DNA of 64,000 bases from an uncultured Candidatus Entotheonella sp. (GTDB lineage: Bacteria; Tectomicrobia; Entotheonellia; Entotheonellales; Entotheonellaceae): NCBI GenBank assembly GCA_965217185.1, contig OZ244252.1, positions 3,840,001 through 3,904,000 on the forward strand, in the 5' to 3' direction. This document shows positions 37,924 to 47,455 of this stretch, one piece after another. The notes under the pieces are model-generated. The model searched no databases. It saw only the letters and a list, made by a program, of their open reading frames with translations, and was not told where the DNA came from. The position numbers were made by a program, and so were the translations under genes. The number at the start of each line of letters is the position of its first letter. The stretch's first letter is position 1.

Positions 37924-40002
37924 CCCGTGCCTTCACGCCGGAGACCCTGGGGACGCCACCCACCAAGATATTCGTCAACAAGCTGGAGCAATTCATCATT
38001 GCCTTCGGACAGTGTGGCTTTCAACATCTCAGTCCGCTCCCGGATAGTGTTTTCATCGCCGTATAGCTCAATCAGAATATCCCAGGCGAGACAAGGGGAC
38101 CGGCGTATGGCCCGGCTCCCCACTGCTTGGCTCTGCGTCTCGCTCCGCGCGGACCGCAGAATCGCGAGGGTCATCTCAGGTAAATTGGCGATTTCGAGCG
38201 GAGGTTCAGTATGATCCGCGTCCCGCTTCGCACGGAATAGTACATCGAGGAGTTCGGGCTCGTTTACAAGATCATTGACCGAAGCCGAACGCACGGCTGC
38301 CCGCCATTCTCTTTCCAGTTGCCTGGCTGTGGACTCCGAAACGAGGTTGTGGCCAGCGTTTTCTCGGTGGCCGACAGTGGTAATCAATTCTAACTTTGCG
38401 GACAGCGTCGTAAGTTCGGGCAGAATCTGCCGCGCCGCCGTCTCTACTGCATGGGTATCGCCCACCGAACGCAAGAGCCTCAAAACGACGCGTCCTACGA
38501 TCATTTGTCTGTCGAGTAAATCGAACATGCCGCGCTGGTGTTCAGGCATATCGGGGAGGAGGTTGAGGAGCACGACCGCTCCCGGCACGGCATATTGGGG
38601 AGCGAATTCGTCCTGGTATACCTCCAAGCGTGAGATGACATCTTCCAATAAATTGGGGTCCAAGGCACGGAGATAACTTTCAAGGGCAGCACGGTCTTGC
38701 CATACGCACCCAGGCCTGCTCGGCGTAGGTGAACGCCTGAAGCCCCTCGCCCATGACACGCTCCAGATACAGGCGAAGAATATCCTTGTGGGCAACACGC
38801 CGCTCCTGAAGCCATCTGTTCTCCCAGTCACTCCCAAAATTGGAACCGCCAATATGCCGCCGGCCGGCTGGAAAAAGCTGCTGAACCAGTGCCCGGACAA
38901 CATCTCCGTGGGCGTCTCCGGCTGCATTGATCAATTCTTCAATCTGCTGCTTGAGGTGCGCTGGTCCCCCCCAAACACGGTCGATGAACTCGGATGTTGT
39001 TGTGAGGCTATCAATCCCTCTGTGCAATTGTCGGAACACGTCGGGCAGGAAAATGCGAACGGCCTCCAGTGCAAGGACATCAGTTAGTGCGACGTTACCC
39101 TCCAATTCGCGTACCGGGCCGGGGATGGCCATTGCATACCGACGAACGTCACGCATGCTGCTGATAAGCGGCCGGATTATCTCCACGAAGACATCAGGCC
39201 AAGCATGCTCATCAAACCGGCCTTGATTATCGATTTGAGAGAGTGCCCCCTCAATAGCCTCGGATATCTCTCTGTCGAGCACATGGGATGGCACCACAGG
39301 GAGTTCAACGCTGAACTGGAGGATTTTCTCCAGATAGTCACGGCCTGGAATGCCCTGCTGCTTGAGAGCTTGCTCCACGCGCATACGATCAAAAGCCACG
39401 ATATAGATGACATTAGGAAAACTGGCGGTCAGTCGAACGAGCTTGAAGACGTCTCGGATTTCAGGGGTGGTCAGCCGGTCGATGTCGTCAAGCACCACAA
39501 GAATCGGCTTATCGAGAGCGTTCAGTGCCTTTTCAACCTTCTTTCTGCGACCTCCGACCCCTTCTTTCCTTCGCTGAAAAACTTTTGCCAAAATCTTTAC
39601 GGCGCTGCGCAAGCGCTCGATCCACGAACCGACAAGAGGTAGCCAGCCCATTCCGGAAAAGAGTTCGCCATAGTCCTCCAGATCCTTACCAATGTTGGCA
39701 AGTTCGCGTCTGAGCCTTAGCTGGAGGGAGAGTTCCGCAAAGAATAACTGGACGAGTTGATCGGTACCGCTGAACATCCAGGGGTTGAAGTCGAGGACCG
39801 GGGTTCCGACTTCTTTCCAGTATGACCGCGCAAGATTGACGAACGAAGTCTTCCCTGATCCCCAAGGACCGAGGACGCCGGCAACAACGCCTTGACTTGC
39901 ATCCAGCGACAGAACTTGCTCTGCGAATGACCGGGCGACTCTGGCCCGGCCCAGGACATCGTCTTCTGGTTTCTGGATCGGGTTATCTCCGATGACGCTC
40001 AT
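37920..40002 (-). pseudogene. KAP-family P-loop NTPase with a +1 frameshift near 38698
   Basis: GPWGSGKTS, FNPW, LDDIDRL, YLEKI; removing one A from ATGGCAAGACCGT joins the ORFs as MADRAALESY. Confidence 0.85.
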
Positions 40003-40180
40003 GCCGCTCCCATCATGTCAATGACGGTTTTCGTATGACTCCTTGGGGTGCTCGTCAGGTGGTTTCCTGGACGGCCCTCACGGACTTCTCTGCATATCGG
40101 GCCTATGGGATTCACAAAGCATATACGAACCGCGTGTTTCCAGCCTACGATGTCGACGGACCAGCCTCAAGGCCCACTCC

Positions 40181-43100
40181 TCACAACAACGAATCCTGCC
40201 GCGCGTCGGCGCTGCCGCCTTTGCCCTTGCGGGTGACGTCAAACGCGCCGGCGGTGCGCAGGGTGTCGGCGCTGATGAGCGGGCCGTTGCAGATGCGGGT
40301 GAGGAGGTCGGCTTGGCGGGGTTCGAGGGCGACGAGGCGGGCGAGGACGTGGAGGACGTTCAGGAGTTCCGTGGTGTATTCGGCGAGCCAGCGGTCGGGC
40401 TGGATTTTCTCCAGGGGCGACGGGGGCCGCCGTTCGCCGATGACGGCCCGGGTGCGGTCCTTCTTGCGGTAGCTGAACCAGTGAACCAGTACCTGCTTGC
40501 CCGAAACTTCGTATTGCCAGACCTCCGGCGGTACGTTGTCGATGAAGCCCTCGCCGACCAGCAGGCGGCGCTTCGCGGCGTCATAGTCGATGCGGTCCGG
40601 CATGCGCCCCGGGTCGGAGGGGATGGCGCCGTCCCTGGGGATCAGCGGCCCCTCTCCCTTGGGCATGCGCGGCGCACCGGCGGGGCGGCCATTGGACGGG
40701 TCGGTATAGCGTTCGCCGAAGGTGTGCAGCCAGATCACTTCTTCGCCCACGGCGACAGCTTCCGCGAAAAGCGCGGCGTCGCGGGTGAGGGGCAGGCGCA
40801 GGCCCGGTTGCACCAGATCGTCCTGAAAGCGTTGGGTGTAGGCGGGATGCGCCATGACGGCAGCTAGGTAGGCCATGACCTGTTGACCGCTGACCGGTGT
40901 GCCAAGCTGCTCTGCCAGGCAATCGAGGAAGGCGCCCTTCACGTTGGACGTGGCGGCTTGGTTGTCGGCCCAGAGCGGGTAGACGCGCCCCCCGAACGAG
41001 CCCTTGTAGTGGTCAAGGTCACAGACTGAGGCTGTAAAGCTGACGCCAGGACCATTACTGGGGGAGGAGCGGTGCAATGCCGTCAGGAAAACCTGCTTGT
41101 CCGAAAAACTTTCCCAGAGGGTTGGATTTGGCTGGTTGATGACACGGCCATCTGGAATGATCCACTGCCGGTCAAACGACCGGAAGCCGTATCGTGCCGG
41201 AGCGATACATTTCCCAGTGTCCGCCGCTACTGCATTTGCGCGGAATTCGTGACCATAGAGGCCGCTCTTCAGCGGCTTGTTCACGTGCTTGTCGCCGGGC
41301 TTCCCATTCCTGAGATGCGGGTGAAACAGCGCCTCCTTCTTTGCGGCGTCCGGTTCTCGCACCAAGACGTTCCAGCGCGCTTCGAGCGTTTGCCTGTCCG
41401 GGGCGATAACCCACACCCTGCCCGGCATCACGCCAGACCCTCCGTAGATGAAGACATCCTCCAAAAGCGCAAAGTCGCTCCAAGCGCCCGACGCCTTGGG
41501 CAGGAACGGCTCGCGCGGCTGGTCCGGGCACGCCACCCAGCCGTCGTCTTCCAGGGAAATGCCATCGAAGGCGGCGAATTTGTCCTCGCGGGTCTTGCCG
41601 TCGAGGGTGCGGTAGCGGATACGCGCCGGCTGGGGCGACGCCGTGCGGCTCTTGCGCAGCGCCATGACGATGCAGACCGGCTGCTGAACCCCCTGAAAGA
41701 CGCGGCTGCGAATGGGCGGCTGGTGGCCTTCCGGCGAGCAGTCGAGCACCCAGATTTCGTCCGCCTCGGCCCGCAGGTTGGCGCGCATTTTCTGGAAGCC
41801 GGGGCCGTTCAGAAAGCCGGCCGCGGTGATGAAGCAGATGATGCCTGTCTGGTCGCGTTCCCGGTCTTGGATGTCGCCAGGGTCGCCGTCGCCGAACACC
41901 TTCCAGGCGGCCCAGCGCCAGAAGTAGACGTAGAGGTTGCGGAGGTGCTTGGCGTGCGCCCCGACGTTCCATTCCGGCGGCGGCATCCAGTCCATGAGCG
42001 GCACGGGCTGGCCGGGCCGGTTGGCGCTGCCGTTCTCCACCCAGCCGCCCAGGCCCTTGGCTTTGTCCTTGTAGGGCGGATTGCCGATGACGACGGTGAT
42101 GCGCTCCTGCCGCTTGATGCGGTTCGCCTGGCGGCGCGATTCGCCCAGCGGCATGAGGATTTGCGGGATGTATTCGTCCTCGACGAACGGGTTGCCCAGG
42201 GTGTCGGTGACGAACAGGCGCAGCGGGTCGGACCTGCCCACAAAGGCGTCGCCCACGAGCTCTTGCAACTCGGCCAGCAGGCGAAGCTGCGCCACCGCGA
42301 AGGGGCCGAGCTGCAGCTCGAAACCGATCAGGCGGGGGATGGCGGCCTCGACCACCCCTGGAACGGCTCCCGGCCCTTGATCCGCTTCCGTCGTTTCGGC
42401 GATGCGGCGCAGCACGCCCAGGAGGTAGGTGCCGGTGCCGGTCGCCGGGTCCGCCACGGTCACGTCCGGCGCGGCCAAGCCCTCCGTGAGGCCGAAGTAG
42501 GCGCCGGATTTCAGCGCTTCATCGACCAGGCGCACCATCGACATGACGACCTCCGGCGGCGTGTAGTACGACCCCGTCTTGCGCCGCAGCTCGCTGTCGT
42601 AGGTGATGAGAAACTTTTCGTAGAAGTAGAGCCACGCCTCCGGGTCGCCCTTGCTGATGACGTCCCAGTGCACGGCGTCGAGGACGCGCGTCAGGGTGGC
42701 GAGGGAGGTTTTCAGGGTTGCCTGGTTTTCGGCGTCGTCGGTCAGCAGGCGCAGGGCGGTGCCGATCAGGGTGTTGGTCTGGCGCAGCTCGCCGGCCACG
42801 CGGTCGAGGCCGTCGCTGAGGGTGATGCGGCGCGCCCGCGCCATGAGCAGCCCGAAGGTCACGGCCTGGGCGTAGCCGTCGGCAAAGGCTTCGTTCGTGG
42901 CGCTCGGGAACAGCAGCTTGCGCCAGTCGGTGGCGAGGTTGGTAAGCGGGCCGGAGCCCTGGGCCAGTTGCTCGGTTACTTCCTCACGCAGCAGCCGGCA
43001 CAGCCGGGCCGTCAGTTCGGCCAGCGCAGGGGCTGATTTCGGCGGCTGCGGCTGCCATTGGAAGAAGTCGGCGAACAGACCCGTCAGCCCGGATGGGGCG

Positions 43101-43552
43101 GTCAATTTGGCACCGGCGGTTTCGATATCGCCGTCGAGCGTCAGGACCTTGCCTTCGAGGTCGCCGTTTCGACACAGGCTGAAGGCGTTGCCGTCGGTGT
43201 AGATCAGGTTCGGCAGGGTCTGCAGCTTCTCCCATTGTTCCCGGTCGTGCTTGTCGGTGAAGCGCCGCGGGTCCGCGCCCTTGCCCGGCGCCTTGACCTC
43301 GATGAAGCCCACCAGCGCCGCGTTGAGCGTGATTGCGTAATCGGGACGTGTCTTGAGATCGGCAAGCGACGTCTCGCCCACCGCGACGATTTGCTTTCTC
43401 GGCAGGCCGAGCAATTCCGCGATGTCGTAGATCAACCCTTCAAGCGGTGCTCTGAGCTGGTCTTCGGGCGCGCCTGCAACCGCTGCGTTGCTGAGCTTGG
43501 CTTTTGCTCGGCTTCCGAAGTCCGAAATAATCGCGTTGAATGCTTTTGCCAA
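40181..43552 (-). CDS. Single-chain R-M enzyme (type IIG/ISP-like): nuclease, N6-MTase and C-terminal specificity domain
   Basis: PD...FIEVK, GSYYTP, DPATGTG, GNPPY, YGFRSFDRQW; no helicase motifs seen. Confidence 0.85.
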   Translation of the reverse strand: MAKAFNAIISDFGSRAKAKLSNAAVAGAPEDQLRAPLEGLIYDIAELLGLPRKQIVAVGETSLADLKTRPDYAITLNAALVGFIEVKAPGKGADPRRFTDKHDREQWEKLQTLPNLIYTDGNAFSLCRNGDLEGKVLTLDGDIETAGAKLTAPSGLTGLFADFFQWQPQPPKSAPALAELTARLCRLLREEVTEQLAQGSGPLTNLATDWRKLLFPSATNEAFADGYAQAVTFGLLMARARRITLSDGLDRVAGELRQTNTLIGTALRLLTDDAENQATLKTSLATLTRVLDAVHWDVISKGDPEAWLYFYEKFLITYDSELRRKTGSYYTPPEVVMSMVRLVDEALKSGAYFGLTEGLAAPDVTVADPATGTGTYLLGVLRRIAETTEADQGPGAVPGVVEAAIPRLIGFELQLGPFAVAQLRLLAELQELVGDAFVGRSDPLRLFVTDTLGNPFVEDEYIPQILMPLGESRRQANRIKRQERITVVIGNPPYKDKAKGLGGWVENGSANRPGQPVPLMDWMPPPEWNVGAHAKHLRNLYVYFWRWAAWKVFGDGDPGDIQDRERDQTGIICFITAAGFLNGPGFQKMRANLRAEADEIWVLDCSPEGHQPPIRSRVFQGVQQPVCIVMALRKSRTASPQPARIRYRTLDGKTREDKFAAFDGISLEDDGWVACPDQPREPFLPKASGAWSDFALLEDVFIYGGSGVMPGRVWVIAPDRQTLEARWNVLVREPDAAKKEALFHPHLRNGKPGDKHVNKPLKSGLYGHEFRANAVAADTGKCIAPARYGFRSFDRQWIIPDGRVINQPNPTLWESFSDKQVFLTALHRSSPSNGPGVSFTASVCDLDHYKGSFGGRVYPLWADNQAATSNVKGAFLDCLAEQLGTPVSGQQVMAYLAAVMAHPAYTQRFQDDLVQPGLRLPLTRDAALFAEAVAVGEEVIWLHTFGERYTDPSNGRPAGAPRMPKGEGPLIPRDGAIPSDPGRMPDRIDYDAAKRRLLVGEGFIDNVPPEVWQYEVSGKQVLVHWFSYRKKDRTRAVIGERRPPSPLEKIQPDRWLAEYTTELLNVLHVLARLVALEPRQADLLTRICNGPLISADTLRTAGAFDVTRKGKGGSADARQDSLL

Positions 43553-43648
43553 AGTCGTGGGTCCTGGGATGTTCTTGGTTGTTGCGCCCTGCGGGCTAAA
43601 GATACTGCGCCATGTCCACCAGGCATCGACGTCTATCCGAACAAGGAC

Positions 43649-43676
43649 TTGACAATGCCCGTGGATTGTTTACTTT
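43649..43676 (+). promoter_or_regulatory. Sigma70-like promoter
   Basis: TTGACA (43649-54), 16 nt, TACTTT (43671-76). Confidence 0.6.
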
Positions 43677-43682
43677 GTGAAG

Positions 43683-43804
43683 TGAATTGGACGTATGAAC
43701 GGGATAGCACTTGCTATGCGTCCCTCCGGCCACTGGCTACCTGCCCAAGAGCGGTTATAAAGCGAGCCTGGTTAAGAAAAGCCCCGCTTCGTGCGGGGCT
43801 TTTT
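43683..43804 (+). ncRNA. Candidate structured small RNA of about 120 nt
   Basis: Lies between the promoter and an intrinsic terminator; manual pairing gives stems at 43689-723 and 43728-773. Ends are inferred. Confidence 0.5.
43777..43804. terminator. Bidirectional intrinsic terminator
   Basis: AAAA-GCCCCGC-TTCGT-GCGGGGC-TTTTT, abutting the stop of the convergent gene. Confidence 0.85.
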
Positions 43805-44354
43805 ATTTTGGAGCCTTAATCTCCTTGCCCATTCGGGTATTATGGGCAATCACGAAGAAATTGATTTTCTTCCGCTTCGGCTGCGAGGAGCCGCGCGCTC
43901 TATCTCTGACGTAAGCAGTCTGAACAAACAGCCTGAGCAGCCCTCTGTTCACCCTCGATACGTTGAAATAGACTTCGTACGTTTTTCTCCCCTCACTGCC
44001 ATCCATCGGCTCGGTCACAAAGAAATTTCCTCGCCCGGCGTGGAAACACGGTCGTTGATTGAGCGATTTTGCTATGTCGGGCAGCGTAAAGGAGAGGCCA
44101 TAGCGGTCAAAGCAGAAAATTCGTGTCTCCCGCGAGTCCGAATAATGCAAGGCACGGTCCACATGGTGCAACTCTTCGCCGCGATGCGTGTTCGGCCCCC
44201 GAGTGAAGCAATACAGGCTGAACTCAATCACAAATCGGTATGTCCGTTCTGGTTTTCCTGCTTTTGCAGCCTGGATAAATTCCCATTCAAATCCTGTCAG
44301 GTGATCCAGAGGGTATGGTTTCCCTTTGTATACAAAAGGTTTCCAGGCCCTGAT
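43803..44354 (-). CDS. Uncharacterised basic protein of about 183 aa, candidate toxin/nuclease; apparent ATC start
   Basis: ORF 43803..44231 extends 41 codons upstream (IRAWKPFVYKGKPYPLDHL...) to an ATC preceded by AAAGGA; lower GC than flanks. Confidence 0.7.
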   Translation of the reverse strand: MRAWKPFVYKGKPYPLDHLTGFEWEFIQAAKAGKPERTYRFVIEFSLYCFTRGPNTHRGEELHHVDRALHYSDSRETRIFCFDRYGLSFTLPDIAKSLNQRPCFHAGRGNFFVTEPMDGSEGRKTYEVYFNVSRVNRGLLRLFVQTAYVRDRARGSSQPKRKKINFFVIAHNTRMGKEIKAPK

Positions 44355-44401
44355 GGTATTGTCCTTTCAATCTTCTCGTCGCTCTTCTCACGTCGCGCGT
44401 G

Positions 44402-44653
44402 TCAATCCCGATACGCTGTCGGGTCATAGCCCTCATCCCGGAACTTTCGAATGTCGAACGGCTCTGCGTTGGGGTTGATCTTATCGCGCAACCCCCCGAG
44501 CAAGGACAAGTCTATCCGGCGCGGGCGCAGGATGAACCCGTCGGTGCTTTCCATCAACTCCAATTGGTCGCCGGGTCCCACGCCTAGCGCGTCGAGCACG
44601 TGCTTGGGGAAGGTTACCTGCCGTTGTGAGGTGACTTTTACGAGCATGGCCAT
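44402..44653 (-). CDS. AbrB/MazE/SpoVT-family antitoxin
   Basis: VKVTSQRQVTFPKHVLDALGVGPGDQL. Confidence 0.88.
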   Translation of the reverse strand: MAMLVKVTSQRQVTFPKHVLDALGVGPGDQLELMESTDGFILRPRRIDLSLLGGLRDKINPNAEPFDIRKFRDEGYDPTAYRD

Positions 44654-44762
44654 CGTTCCTTCTTCTTGCCATTAAGCGCCTTGAAGTCATCTTTGAATGG
44701 GAAGATGGCGGTTGCCACCGAGACGGCTGAACAGGGTTCCAGGCGCGTTGCGCATGGGGCCA

Positions 44763-46193
44763 TCACGGTTCGGGCAGGAAGTGGGCTATCGAATTGGCGT
44801 AGTAACGCAGCATGTCGTGTTCGTTAGCGCACGCGCGGTAGAGCCCATCCGATTCCTGCACCAAGTGCCGCAGCACCAGCATCCGCAGCCCTACGGTGGT
44901 CGCGTAGTCGTGGTCTGCTCTCGGGATGTGGACATACGCCCCGCGCTGCTCGAGGTCGTTGATGAGGGCATGGGTTTGTGCCTTGATCTCGAGTTCGCTC
45001 ATGGCCGTCTGTGGATGGCGCAGGAACACGGTGGCGATGAGTGGCACCGGCAATACCGGAATGGCCGTGGCGATGGCGTCGAGCAATTCATTGCCAAGCT
45101 GCTCTACGGCTCCAAAACGAGCTTCTGCGTCCAGAGCGCGAAAATCCGTCCTGGTGCGGGCGATGTACGACCGCATGGAAACCGGCGTTCCGAAATTGAC
45201 GCAGGCGTAGCCGAAGCGATACCAGCGCCGTTCCAGCAGGAGTTTTACCTGATGGCCGAGGAACCTTAGAAAGGCTACGACGGTGTACGTCTTGCTGCGT
45301 GGGTTGGCCTGCGGATCGAGGTCGCGTACCAGGGAGCGGTCCTCCAGCACACGGTCGTAGTTGATTCCCACCGGGATGAACACGAGGTCTCGTTCACCCT
45401 CGGGGTCGAAGGCCGAAACCATGTAGCTGATGAGGCCAAGCCTCGGCTTTCGGAGGCGTCCGTCGCGGGTGAAACGACCCTCGGGGTAGAACGCCTGTAC
45501 GACACCGCCAGCCGTCGCCATTTGGACATAGCGGGCCAGGACCCGACGGTAGAGAGGGTTGTCGGATTTTCGACGCACGAAGAAACCGCCGAGCGATTTG
45601 ATTATTGACTGCAGGGGCCAGGTGCGCGCCCATTCGCCCACTGCATAGCTCAATGCGGAGCGCGTCGCGGCCATGTAGGCAACGATGATGTAGTCCATGT
45701 TGCTGCGATGATTCATCAGAAAAACGATGCTCGCGGTAGGCTCGATTCTGGCCAGTGCCTCGTCGTCGGCATAGCCCAGGCGGACCCGATACAGGAATTG
45801 CAGGATGCGTCGTGCCAGGTAATACCCGAACCGGAAGTACAGGTAGACATTGAACGACGGCACAATCTCGCGGGCATAGCGCTCGACTTCCCGGATCAGA
45901 GCTTCTCGTGGCACGTCAGACCGCTGCGCTTCAGCCTCGACCGACTCCATCACCTTGGGGTCGTATGTCAGTCGATCGATAAGAACCTGCCGTTTTGTCC
46001 GTTGGAAGAGCGGTATTTGCAGTTGCAAGCGGGTGTTGAGTTCGTCGATCACACGACTGGCGCGCCGTCTGAAAAACCAGCGCGCGCCTGGGATGAGTAG
46101 ATGGTCAAGAATCGCCCAAAGTGAAAGGGCGCCGGCAACGACCACCACCCAAGTTGGAAGGGGAATTATCTCTGCCATTTTTGCGTCAGGCAT
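44763..46193 (-). CDS. Glycerol-3-phosphate acyltransferase (PlsB-like)
   Basis: NHRSNMD (HxxxxD), GGFFVRR, FYPEGRFTRDG. Confidence 0.88.
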   Translation of the reverse strand: MPDAKMAEIIPLPTWVVVVAGALSLWAILDHLLIPGARWFFRRRASRVIDELNTRLQLQIPLFQRTKRQVLIDRLTYDPKVMESVEAEAQRSDVPREALIREVERYAREIVPSFNVYLYFRFGYYLARRILQFLYRVRLGYADDEALARIEPTASIVFLMNHRSNMDYIIVAYMAATRSALSYAVGEWARTWPLQSIIKSLGGFFVRRKSDNPLYRRVLARYVQMATAGGVVQAFYPEGRFTRDGRLRKPRLGLISYMVSAFDPEGERDLVFIPVGINYDRVLEDRSLVRDLDPQANPRSKTYTVVAFLRFLGHQVKLLLERRWYRFGYACVNFGTPVSMRSYIARTRTDFRALDAEARFGAVEQLGNELLDAIATAIPVLPVPLIATVFLRHPQTAMSELEIKAQTHALINDLEQRGAYVHIPRADHDYATTVGLRMLVLRHLVQESDGLYRACANEHDMLRYYANSIAHFLPEP

Positions 46194-46523
46194 GCCGTCG
46201 TCAATGCGACCGCAGGCTCCGATTTCACGTGTGAATCAGCCGATGATCTCGGCTGGAGGCGGAATCGCCTGATTGCGACAACAGAATACGATGCTCACCG
46301 GAAGGGCCGATTTTGCGGGATTCAGGCCGAATCGGCGGGGCCATGGCGTCATAAGGGAGGTTTGGCGGTTCATGTGGCGCACCGGTCAATTCTACGGCAC
46401 CTGTTCGACCCCTGTTGTCACGGGCCATCCAACAGCCGCGATAGACCCATCTGCTGCGGAAGAGATCCCCGCCGAGTCGCCGGCGCTCTCTATAAGAACC
46501 TGGTCCATCAATCTCGCCAATGC

Positions 46524-46724
46524 CTACACTGTCTCGAATTGCAGTGCAGAGAGGTTCAGGCTGGATGAGCGTTTTGAGAGATGGAGCATCTCTACGCCTA
46601 TCACTTCGTTCGATTCGTTGTAGTCGAGTATCACTCCCGGCGAAACCTCCTCGGACTCGACTATGGGGGAGTCATCGAGGCGTAGGTACAGAGCGTCGGC
46701 TGCCTTGTCTACGTTCAACTTCAT
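46524..46724 (-). CDS. DUF2283 family protein
   Basis: DKAADALYLRL...GVILDYNESNEVIGVEML; ATG after AGGAGAG. Confidence 0.88.
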   Translation of the reverse strand: MKLNVDKAADALYLRLDDSPIVESEEVSPGVILDYNESNEVIGVEMLHLSKRSSSLNLSALQFETV

Positions 46725-46813
46725 AGCTCTCCTCTCTTGCTTCGATCGAAGAATACGCTCACCACGCGCCAAGGCACGACGCGGGTGTTGACGACAGCGC
46801 ATAGCACGCAGTT
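46721..46813 (-). pseudogene. C-terminal remnant of a DUF4258-like toxin
   Basis: ...VLCAVVNTRVVPWRVVSVFFDRSKRGEL*, coupled by ATGA to DUF2283; no 5' portion. Confidence 0.55.
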
Positions 46814-47182
46814 TCATATCGGTAACACCCGAACCCGGATTCGGTTCTCGTCAACCACGACCAAGGCTCCAGAAGACAAGTCCGCTTCATGCTGCCTGAG
46901 GACAGCAATGACCAAGCCTTCCATGTGGTCCGGCAGGATATTCTCACCGCGAACCTGAAGCACACTCGGGCCGGCTTTATGCGACAGCGCCAGCATCGTG
47001 CCGAAGTCCAGGTCGTGGGTGAAAACGACGTATTCGTGAGCGGCCGCCCAATCCATGATAACCCTGTCGCTGGCCCGCGGGTTGCCGACAAAGGACCAGT
47101 GCACCGCCTGCCATCCATGTTTCTGCAGCACGGGTACCCATCCGGGCGACAGATTCATGTCCACCAGGAGCTTCGGCTTCAT
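46814..47182 (-). CDS. DUF5615 PIN-like toxin
   Basis: LLVDMNLSP, AVHW, ASD, FTHDLDFG. Confidence 0.9.
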   Translation of the reverse strand: MKPKLLVDMNLSPGWVPVLQKHGWQAVHWSFVGNPRASDRVIMDWAAAHEYVVFTHDLDFGTMLALSHKAGPSVLQVRGENILPDHMEGLVIAVLRQHEADLSSGALVVVDENRIRVRVLPI

Positions 47183-47409
47183 GACGGGGAGAGAGGAACT
47201 TCTCGCTCCTCCAGCCTCCAGGCGGCGTAGGCCAGGGATTGGTCGATGTCCTTCCGTTCAAGATACGGGTAGGCTTTGAGGATTTCCCCGGGCGAGCGGC
47301 CAGCCGCCAAGAGACCGACGATGGTCCCAACCGTAATGCGCAGACCTCGAATACACGCCTTGCCGCCCATGACGTCGGGATCCATGGTAATCCTCTCGAA
47401 TGATTTCAT
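47179..47409 (-). CDS. DUF433 antitoxin
   Basis: RITMDPDVMGGKACIRGLRITV...YPYLE..DI...LAYAA. Confidence 0.92.
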   Translation of the reverse strand: MKSFERITMDPDVMGGKACIRGLRITVGTIVGLLAAGRSPGEILKAYPYLERKDIDQSLAYAAWRLEEREVPLSPS

Positions 47410-47455
47410 GGTCTATGCTACTCCCATGTGATGAAAACCATCCCGTGCAGATGCT

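Noticed and set aside
43683..43804. tRNA, tmRNA, SRP or 6S identity for the structured RNA
   Set aside because: No cloverleaf, T-loop or other hallmark motif recognised.
43711..44429. + strand ORFs 43711..43914 and 43791..44429
   Set aside because: They cross a strong terminator or lie antisense to the better-supported minus-strand gene; TTG/GTG starts without a clear Shine-Dalgarno.
46194..46523. Short ORFs between the acyltransferase and DUF2283
   Set aside because: No recognisable motifs or consistent frame; treated as intergenic or decayed sequence.
36380..47455. Integron cassette array or prophage
   Set aside because: No integrase, recognisable attC sites or phage structural genes in the window.
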